This document shows, piece after piece, positions 49,580 to 60,631 of a stretch of 64,000 bases of DNA. Location of the stretch: positions 39,990,001 through 40,054,000 of the forward strand of contig OZ320323.1 of the NCBI GenBank assembly GCA_976226885.1, given 5' to 3'. The translations under genes and the position numbers were made by a program. The stretch's first letter is position 1. Each line of letters starts with the position of its first letter. The stretch comes from Iphione sp. A-MEVVRFRX5. Its lineage: Eukaryota. The notes beneath the pieces are model-generated. The model made no database searches. It was not told the DNA's origin and worked only from the letters and a program-made list of their open reading frames with translations.

Positions 49580-52500
49580 GTATGTATAGGTTTCATTTGT
49601 TAGCCACACGGACAGCCTGAGATCGTCTCCACGACCAAAAGTATCCCGATGTGTATGCGGTATGAACTGAGTTTTATTTCCAAAGGCATTATTTCTCCTT
49701 AGTGATTTGATTTTTAAAACAATTGAATTTTGTCTGAGGACGTTCTCTTAAGGTTTGCTTTCAGCTTAATTATTGACACTAAGATACTATAATTCATGTA
49801 GGAAATGCGCACTATAGGGCCTAAGTGTGATGCTTCAAGGCATCACATATCATGTAAATGGTGATGTTTTAAGCATCTTCTAATAGTAATGCCTGGAGTC
49901 TTCAGACACTCCGTTATGGTAATGCCTTGAACCATCACATGCCAAACAGAGCTCTTTTACTAGTTTTTCCTACTAATAAGATCCATAATAGAAAAAAAGA
50001 AATTAAGACAGGTATGCAACTGGACCAACAGTGTTCATCTTATGTATATTCCGGAACTCGGTTCAATCTGGCCTCAATAGTTCGCTAAATACCAGGCAAG
50101 CAGATGACCTGACAGTTACCTCTCTCCCAAGGCTGAAAAAGGCCAAAACTCAACTTACTATGCATGTCCCAAATTATGGAATCAAATGAACTCACTTTTG
50201 AGAAGCATCGTTGATCTAATAGAAATAAGACGACATTCCAATATAGAATCACTAGAAGGTCACAGATACTAAAAGTAAGTTCTGATGTATTTACTGATAT
50301 AAATGAACACTGATCTACATGTATTCTTATCTTCTCTGTTTTAGTACAAGCAAAGGTTAGCAGGGTAATAGCAACAAAAGCCTTCCTTATATACAGTCAA
50401 TGCCCTTGTGGCTTGCGCAGCATAATATTTCCCAATTCATACAATGCATTTCTTATCTCATAATACACATTCTGACAGCCTCGTCAGATTTTGTTCATAA
50501 GAAGGTGCATGCATGAACTGGTGTTTGATTTATAATCCAAAAAAATGCTTAATCCAACATGATATATGCTTGCCAAGGGAGTCGTCAGGAATCTTCGTTA
50601 AAAGGTGTTAAGCAGTAAACTACAAGTCGTCAGCTTTACCTTACAGCAATCTTTCTCCAGCAGAGAGAATTCATCCTTGCAGTAATTAGTCATACAGTTA
50701 GTGGTCTTCACTTGGAGTGAGTTCCCTGATAAAGCAGTTGACACCACAGCCTGTTCCGGTGACTAACCACGAAAAAGAAAATACCTGGGAGGCTGGACAT
50801 AGTCTCACCTGCCGGGTCCACACATTTTACCGCAACAAACCGTGGTTAGTTGGCTTTGTTCTTTATCAGGTACCTCGTCAATTACGTTTCGTTTGGAACC
50901 CACCGACCACCACCACCACAAATCATTACTAACCCAATAGGAGACAAGCAAAAGATATAGCATTTCGGTCATGACCTCATACTGTCGGGCATCTATAGAA
51001 TCGGTTACCTATTAACTGTCAGAGAGTAGTGCTGGTTCTCTTGACATCCCTACAATATTTCTAGAAGATTCCTGCAGTGTTTCCTGCGACAGGTGAGGCG
51101 TATCAGCTTTCACCTGCTGCCTCTGCAGTACCTGATGCGTTGCTATTTATGTGACAAGTCATTATCCATTGAGCGAAGTCAAATTAATTGAGTAGATAAT
51201 TTCTTTCTATAATGCAATTTTCGAACTCGTATTTGAAATGGTGTGTGAGCAGATCTCTCTTCGGCAGCACAGCTCGCTGATGAGCAGCTCCACCTGAACC
51301 ATGATAGAACCATAGATATATAGTGGAATCCATGATAGAACCACAGATATATAGTGGAATCCATGATAGAGCCACAGATATATAGTGGAATCCATGATAG
51401 AGCTACAGGTATATAGTAGTATATATAATTACTCATTCCGGATCTAATCTGGACCTCTCAGAACATGGACAGCCAAGACACAGAACCAAGTCTATAAAGC
51501 CATGTTTAAATAGTCCTGCTATTCCGGACATTTTCTCTTTATAGATAATCAAGTCCGTATTAGTGAGATTCTGCTGTATCTCTATTAACTCTGTAGATGT
51601 GGCCCATCAGGTCACATCGTTGTCAGAAACTTCGTTAGAAGAGAGATACCCGTAAAAAAATACCATGAATGAGGAAGTGTGTCTGTGGTTTTTACTTTTC
51701 CCATTCGTATTCTGTAGTTTATATACAAAGCAACTCTAATATCATATCATGAACATACAAGAATCTGAGAATCGATGGATATCTATTTCATTCCTCACCT
51801 TGTAACATGTTCTAATATGAGAGGTTTTGTCCCCAAGCAAGGTCGTTCGATTAAATGTGCATGAAAAGGAACTACAGAAAAAATAAATGTTCGAGACACC
51901 GGGAGGGAGAGACAGGAAATAGTATTTTCATTCAGGACGGGAAGTATGGAAACATCAGTGCTTTGAAACGCAATTATTCATGGATGAAGCATCATATAAA
52001 GGCCGTGGATTCTGGAAGCAACTTATCCTTAGAAAAGAAGCCCGCCCCCACGTATTCCCCCATTAGAGGCGGCTCTATCGAAATACATGTATAGCAACGA
52101 AGCAATGTTTATTTATATATTATCTGTTGTACTTTGTATGTTTATGACTGATTAATGGGGATAGAATTTGACTGTTTGTTTGGCACAGTAGAAACACTGA
52201 AATAAGGCTAAGATTTTGACTGGCCAGTTTTTGTTTGTGTTCTCTCCTTCAAGTTTGGCTTTTTCAGGGATTATATGGCTATGATGTAAATCTTCATATG
52301 GTTTCTTAAACGTCACTCTTCCAGTGAACGTTTTGTTTGGTATGGGTGATGATTTCTAAAGTTTGTTGCCAACACTCGATTCTCTGAACTTACAGCATTA
52401 GCACTAGCAATTATCATTTCTAGGACTTGCTTTATTCCAGGACAATGTTCAAGCCCTGTGTGTCTACATAAAACCTGTACAGTTTTGGACTTCCCTAGGC

Positions 52501-55500
52501 TACCACCCTTGGACTATCATCACCCTCCTCCCTCCTCGCATTTCTTTCCTTTCGTGTATTTTGTAGCAAAGGGAAGGCTTTTCTGATTATGCCTCTGATT
52601 TCCCGTACGTTCATGTTTTGCAGAAAGCACAGCAGCGGAGATTTACACAGTCGACTCAAAACACGAAAGCTGCTCGGAGTGGGAGAAACAGACGACGGTG
52701 ATGTCCACAGGTCAAAGGTAACTACTCATTCCCTCTTAATGAGAATCTTACCCGAGCGAGCGGCTAGTTGTTTCAAGTATTAACAAATCATCAAGGTAGG
52801 AAAGCCTCCGTCGTGTACCAACTAGTATTGTGGGTTACTGAAAGATTCACATTCAGGTTTCAACTTGGGATAGATTAATGCATATTGCTTTATGGCAAGG
52901 TACAAAGACATTAAAAACGTCTCATTTATAGAGTGTTTCAGACGATCCTTTAATACATCGGGATTCGAGAGAAAAAGGTGTACTTCCTGTTTGGCGCACT
53001 GTAGTTAACATGTGTAATTCAGGTAATTGTATCATAACTAATATTTCAGATAGAGAAAAATCCTTTGGCACACATGTTACTATACTGAAGAAGGACAATT
53101 TTTCCACAAAATATTAAGCGAGAGATGATTCTTTCATTAGAGAGATACCTTTGAAGTGACCCTTACTTTTGGAGGGTGGTTATGGTCTTCAAAATGTGTC
53201 AAAAACTAAAGTTAGAGTTGATGAAAACTTTAATCCCTCAATTACTTCAAGAAAACATATTAAGTATCCTTCGCTGCTAATATGAGTTCTGTAGGATAAT
53301 CAATTCATTATTTTTGCCAATCTCCAAGATAGAGTTCCTTCATTATCACCCATTGTGTCTTGTCAGTGTAAAATCAAAACAAACCTGTGCGAGAGTGAGG
53401 CTAGCCCCCTTCCCACTAACATTAGTTAGTGTTAGTTTCTTTTTTTAATTTCCTATCCTTGATGATGTGAATTCAATATTGATTAGTGATAAAACATAAA
53501 ACACTGGGCTATTTCCATATCAGTTTCTAGGATAAATAATGTTACTTACATGTATTGTCTCAATGTCTACACGATCATCGGTAATGGAAGATTTTTTCCT
53601 TTTGCATGCATTCTCAGTCTATAATTATTAGAGTACATGTAGTTGTGTCGCAGGAACAAATACCAAACACAGTGTCCCCTTGGACTAAGATTATCTCTCT
53701 AATCAGACCACCTTCCCAATAAGACCATTTTTAAGGAACAGAATTAGATACATGTATAAAAAAAACACCCTCTTTAATAAGACCACTCCCTATTCAGACC
53801 ATTAAATTTTGAGGTCAGAACCAATAGTGGTCTTATGAATGTAGGAGACTTTTGGTTATCTATTTCGGTTCTGAAGACAGCTTGGAGCTTAACTACAGGA
53901 ACATGAACCTGAGAATTATTTTGAAGATGTTTGGATGAAGGCCCTACCATGATGGGTTTCGCACCATGATAAGTGTCCCAGTGGGTGTCCCATCACAACT
54001 GACAGTTTGGGGAATTCATCCCAGATCTGAGAATAGAAAGACCTAAGCTAAATGAGACATACTGTGTTGCACTAGGATTAATATTTGTCTACAATGAGTG
54101 TCCAGCCATAAAAAGTGTCCAACCGAAACGGGTATGGAATCCCCGTAGTGTTTTTGGATTTCATGTTTGAGCATGAGAGTCTAAAACTAAAATAAATGGA
54201 ACTTAAACTGAAAAAGTTGGGATGCATGTCCTACTTGGGTGGGACGTCTCTTAAGGATATTTGTTTAACTAATATGGAAGCCCCATCATGATACCATTCC
54301 ATCTGCCATTAATGCTATTGTTCCAAGTCAACAAGGAGGGTTTTGTTTTTCCTTTTCCAGCTTAGTCAGATACTGGGTCACAGCGAGCAGCTCTATGTGC
54401 GCTTACCACGTGGATTGAGGTTATGGCAGCTGCTCACAGCCATCATGTTTACAACTATAGGTGTTTGGGTATGTCTTTGTTTGTGTAATATCATAATAAA
54501 AATAGCAGAGATTTCTGTGAAGAACTGTACAAGAATCTGTTTTTTTTATGAAGTAGACATTAGAACGGAGAGAACATATGATTCTATTTACATCTGTATT
54601 ATATAATGTAATTACATGGAAATGTACATAGACCACTCAAGGAGAGAATTAAGAACAAGAGTTTAAATAAAATGTACATAATTATTTACATTATACCTAA
54701 CTTAAACGACAGACTAATTAGTGACGTCCAAGCTTTGTAAAAGAGTATCTACTGTAACTTTCCCCCCATGATGAGGCATATGATCAAAAATAACTAGTTT
54801 AATTGTCTCATCTTTACCTCTTTTGGACTCTGACGTCATTATATGATCTAGATACATATCATTCAAAGATGCAGAAATAATAAACATAGAACGTCAATTT
54901 CGAAACAAGTTGCTGCAAAATTTATACACGTATTATAGTTAGTTTATTCATTTTTAAATGGAAATTTGAACACAAATATCATGAAATTAGTGAATTCACC
55001 CATGTTTTACAGGACACAGGAACACGAAGAAGCGCACACATTCCCCCCTTCGGGCTGCCTGTCTGTCTCTTTCTGTCAGTCTTTCTTGCTCTCATTCACT
55101 GCGTTTGCAGACCTTGCGTGCATGAACAATTAAACAAACTTTCTTGACCAAATAGCATAATACTGCTTAGAGACAGAAGACCGGTTACATGTACAATAGC
55201 AGCTCACCATGTAAGCAACTCAGCTAAGAGGGCAACTCAGCATCAAGGTCAGGTTCGATTGGTCAGTCCTATAGTGGTCTGTTTTCTAGAATATAACCAG
55301 CTTATGAAGCAGGGTAATTCAGTTGAGGGCGAAATTGCCAATTCCCATTGGTGACGTCCATTTTCAGATAGTACAGGTAACTATATTTCACATGTAGATG
55401 ATGTATGTAGAAAGCCTTTCTTGTTTCTTTTCCAGGCCCTGCTTTTCCCTCGACACCTATTTCATGTGGCCCTGAATTCCGATGCCGAGATGTCCGCTAT

Positions 55501-58500
55501 TCTTCCCATCAGACTCTACGGTGGCGCCCTCATCAGTAAGCTGGGTTTTTCTTGTAATATCGCAAGTATTTAGGTGTAATTGCCAAGGCAATCAACTCAT
55601 TGTGCGGGTCCGACGATTATTTCCCCTAAAGAGGTAGCTTGACGACAGATGAGAAGAATGTCGCGAAATTCTGCACGTCCATAGCCTCTCATGAAGTCAT
55701 CAAACTGTAGAGTACCATATTATAACATTTGATTCTTTGCTGAATTGTTGAAAAAATTGTCACAACGGGATTTGCTTTGCATAGCTGTGCAACGTGTTTT
55801 CCGAATATCGCGAAATGGAATGTGTTCATCAATTGAAAGTCTGTTATTTCCTAACAAATGGTTAAAGGTTGTAGGTGGGTGGCTGACGCCTTTATGCAGG
55901 GTACCTACAAAAGTCCTGGGATCCACTCAGGTTTAACGATGTTTGCATAGCCTTGAAACATATCGCGCAATGCAATGCTTTCACTGGTGGATGTGTTAAA
56001 GACAATTAGAAAGCTCTCAGGAGTAAGTAAAAAACCCTCGTTACAGGCCTGTGGCTGAAGTTGTCAACACTTAATTGAAAATTATATATGCGACAAAACC
56101 TTATTTTTTGCACATTTTGGAGCCACGATGCTACATTATTCAATAACATTCCTCGACGCAATCTTTGATAACGTAGGAAATGATGATGGCCTTTAAAACA
56201 TTTTCCTATTTGTTTTTTTTTTTCGTTTCAGGTTTATCCGTCGTTTTCTGGTGTACTCTACAATCAGTAGACAAAGACATCATACGATGGTCTCTCCTGG
56301 GAAGCGCTGTCTATTTTATCATTCAAATTGTGGGTGAGTTGGCCCTTTCCCGACCTATTCTCACGATGCTACCACACTAGCTTTACACGCCTATGGACAA
56401 AAGTATCCATCGTTGCTTTCTCAGTGGATTTAGAATTTTTCCAAAGCCACACGATACATCCATAGAATATTGCTTCTTTTTGTGATATCATAGTCAGAAT
56501 TTTCAAATGCCGTAACTTGATTTTTGTGTGTTCTGTATTTTAATTTGATGATGAATATATGTTTGTTGTAGTCTGCCTGTACACAAAGTCCCGTATACGT
56601 ATTAGATAAGGTACGAGTTCGAGGGGTTACTGTCTATAATGGACGAGCTTCGCGGAGCGAACGAGTCAATTATAGACATGTAACCCTGAGAACGAGCTAC
56701 CTTATCTGATTTAAACCACCCCCCCCTACTACTGAACGATTTGCCGACCCAGCCAAGAAGATTGGGTCCGCCGAGGCGACAGCCGAGGCAGCCGTCAAGC
56801 ACCCCCACCAGTCCAGAAGGTTTATAGGCCGCCGAGGCGCCAGCCGAGACGGCCGTCACATTCAACACCCTTCAAAAGTCAATGAGGCGAAGCTAAGGAG
56901 AGCATTGAATTGGCTCGGCTAGAACAAACTCGGCGAGGACATGTTTCTTAAAATAGTTGATAAGGTGAAACTGAGGAGAGCGTGTGAGTGTTGGAATGAT
57001 TATAGAAAGGTACGAAAATATAATGTCCTCCCATCTATGGTGTAAGAAACACTGTTATAATTGTGGAAAAAAAAGAAAGAAATTTGAAAAAGAAGAAAAT
57101 GGGAGTGTGGGGGTCTCCCCCCATTAATGCAAGGGAAAAAAGGAAAAAAATCTGGAGGCTATGCCAAAGATGCATTTAATTTATGAGAAAGTGGCAAATA
57201 TTTCCGGAGGTAGTGCTAAAAATGTGTTTAATTCATGAAAACCGACAAATATTATGGGAGGTTTTGCAAAAGATGCACTGAATTTACAAAAAAGTGGCAA
57301 ATATTTCTGGAGGTCATGCTGAAGATGTATTGGATTTATGAAAATATTTGAAAGAAAAAGGGGGGTGTGGGGGTCTCCCCCCCACATTAACAAATTTATG
57401 AAAGTATATTTCATTGAAAAATGAAACAACTAAGCATACTTCATCTTCAACCCTTGAATGAATGAAAGAAGTATGGTCTAGCCTATGCACAGCCTCTGTG
57501 GCGCAGTGGACAAGAGCGCTGGCCTTCACATAGGTTATGTATGGAAGGCTCAGTCATGCTGTGGACCCAGGTTCGAACCCTTCAGAAGACCTTCCCACAT
57601 TTCGTCAGAGAACTTGAAAACAAAAACACATCACTTCGAATACCATAGGATAAACACAACGATTACTGGATATAATGGACTTGGGGGGATGATAGAGACA
57701 TAGAGAGAAACGGGTTGTAGGGGTGGTTTAAATACCCTAACAAATCATGTGCAATCTCCTTTCGTAGTATGGAAAGTTATTTTAGTTTTGGGGGTAGTAA
57801 TAGAATCCACTGTGTGACGGAGTGGGATGGGTGGGCTAGAGTAAGGCTTAAAAATTGTTCTTAAAATGAAGAGATGCTCTTTGCTACATAGTGCTCCTTA
57901 CTTTCACGATTCATACTACGAGAGGCGACTGTAAATATTTCTTCAAGACAACCCAAAGTACAAGTTTGTAAACTACCACGACTGAAACCTTTTTACATTT
58001 TCATCCAATAGGGATGAAATCTAGTTATCTGTATCGCCTGTCTTTTTAGTTACATTGAATCAATGTTCCAAGTATTTAGTTATACATGCCTTCGTCTGTT
58101 GTTACAGTTCTGTTGATTCTGTTTTAAACAGATTGATAAATCACACATTTTTTCACCGTTTTGGGTGATCTTTCTATGTGACTATAATTGGAAACATTCT
58201 ATAGTTTGTCGAAGAATTTCAGTGGCAGACGAAATTTATCTCATTATCAGTGACCAGCAAGAAATGTCAAATATCTCAATCAATTAGTCTTGGTCGGTTT
58301 CTTAGTTCATCCAAACATCTTTCTCGCGCCCGCTGCAGTAGAATTTATTTGTATAACCCAGCTCATTTATAGGTTTTTAACTTTTATTCATATGATTTAG
58401 CAACCTTGAGGCCATCTTACTCACCCAGACATTTTTGCCAGTTATTTCCTGCCTCAACTAATTTTCCTTAGACGACCACCTTTTTTCACAGATCATAACT

Positions 58501-60556
58501 CCTTTCATGTTCTTAGAAGCACTCACACTTTGGTGACAGAAACCATGAACACGTATTCACCTCACACTAATACGTTATATTCCTTACATTTATTTCTTTT
58601 ATTCATTCGCAATAACATCTAGCATCAGTTTGGCAAAGAGTAGCCTACTTAATGTCCCCTTGGCGTCTTCTCTTGCAGTGCTCCTGACTTAACAGCGACA
58701 TTCTTGGAAACCATCTATAAACCCTTTCACCCCGTGGGCTCCCTATATTTGTCAGGTTGCCGGAAAGAGGGCCCCTCTCATTCCAATGAACAAGAAAATT
58801 CCATTAGCCTGCTTTTAATCCTTACGTACAGGTATCTCTATGAAGCGCTTTCCTCCATTCTTAATGCAGCTTTGAAGACAGAAATATGAGGGAAACTTCG
58901 AGTAATTAATTTCGAAGAATAAAGCTGAATATGGCCTGGATTCTTGTGACCTCTCATCATGTAGCTCTCCCCATAGAAACAGTTGAATTTTAGCTGATCA
59001 CCAGCAGTTATCATAAAAGATAAGTGATATAACTCATCTAAGACAGTTTACAACTGCCAATGTCAACATTATTACAGCCAAGCGGTATCCATACTAAATT
59101 AAGACAGTGTTTCCTTCAACTATCCTATTTCATTCAAATCATTACAAAATTGCCATAGAATTACTGAATGTACCCTGATTTTATTATTTACATTACAAAT
59201 TTTGCAACATTCAAACCTCCACTGTATAGGTTATTACAGATCCATTTTACCAGTATTCATGGCATATATGCCATCCTCATTAAGTCTCCTTCATACGAAT
59301 ACAGGGCTAGATTATCATCGACCACCCATTAACCTAGATTATTCATCAAGTCAGTATGTATCTTACATGCCCATTATTATTGTAGCCCAGCCCTCTCAGG
59401 TAGCTTTTCTCAGACAAATGTCCACTCATGTCCTTCCAGCAGTCCTCATGGTAATATTAGATGAGTAAATAAGCCATTCACCCTGCCTAAAAGTGAGTCC
59501 TATAATTTTCACTGCTAATGAGCTAACTGACACAGACGACCCCTCTCCACCCCAGCACTTCTGAGACAAACACCCCATGTTTCCATAGGATCAATAGTCC
59601 GTGTGCTCAACTTTCTTATTTGTCATGCATTTGGCGAGAGGAGAGCGGAGGCCTATGCGTTTAGTCAATAAATTGCCGTTTATGTAAACATGAAGGAAGT
59701 ATTGGAGATACATCCATCCCAAGCTATTAATGGTATACATACATGAATCCATTTGGAAGGAGGACATATGAAACTCATACAGAATTCACAGAAAACACGA
59801 TTTCTTCGAAATATTGATTCACAGATCTGATTCTTCAGAATACATCAGTTAGAAATCAAAAGCTNNNNNNNNNNNNNNNNNNNNNNNNNNNNNNNNNNNN
59901 NNNNNNNNNNNNNNNNNNNNNNNNNNNNNNNNNNNNNNNNNNNNNNNNNNNNNNNNNNNNNNNNNNNNNNNNNNNNNNNNNNNNNNNNNNNNNNNNNNNN
60001 NNNNNNNNNNNNNNNNCAGTGCTTCCAAACGTCGCACCGGCAGCCCTAGAGCTCAACTCTGAGCCAAGTACCCAGGCGGCTATGTGGATATACGGATGAA
60101 CTTGTCTTGATCCATGGAGTAAAAGCAACTTATAGATGGACAGAACAAAAGACTCCATGAGATTAGAAGCCTAACCCTGCACCATGCTGTGTGAGGTCCG
60201 CCCACACGTCTTCCCGACCCTGACGCCCCTAATGCGCCCACTATGTTTTGGTTTTCAGTCTCGACCACCTCCTCTCCTTGCTCCTCCTCCTCTGCTGACA
60301 CCGCTGCTGGGACCGGCGGTCGTGCGAAGGGCCTCTTGATGCTGACGATGGCCTTAGTGCACATCTTGCTCACCGCCTATTTCTGGCTGGGCACCGGTTC
60401 GCGGCTGTCTCACCATGCGCCGCAGTGCAAGATCGAGCGCTCAAAGGTCGGGCGACCTTGACACTTGTCCTGCGCAACCGAGACTGTGGCCCTGGGACGC
60501 TGTGACGTCGTCTGGTTCCTCTCGTTTATCACATTCTCGCCTCCCCCACCCGCGCC

Positions 60557-60631
<75 letters not shown>

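Noticed and set aside
51299-51418. 31-bp and 38-bp (15646-15759) repeats as CRISPR arrays
   Set aside because: Units are head-to-tail with no unique spacers, there are no cas genes, and the context is eukaryotic.
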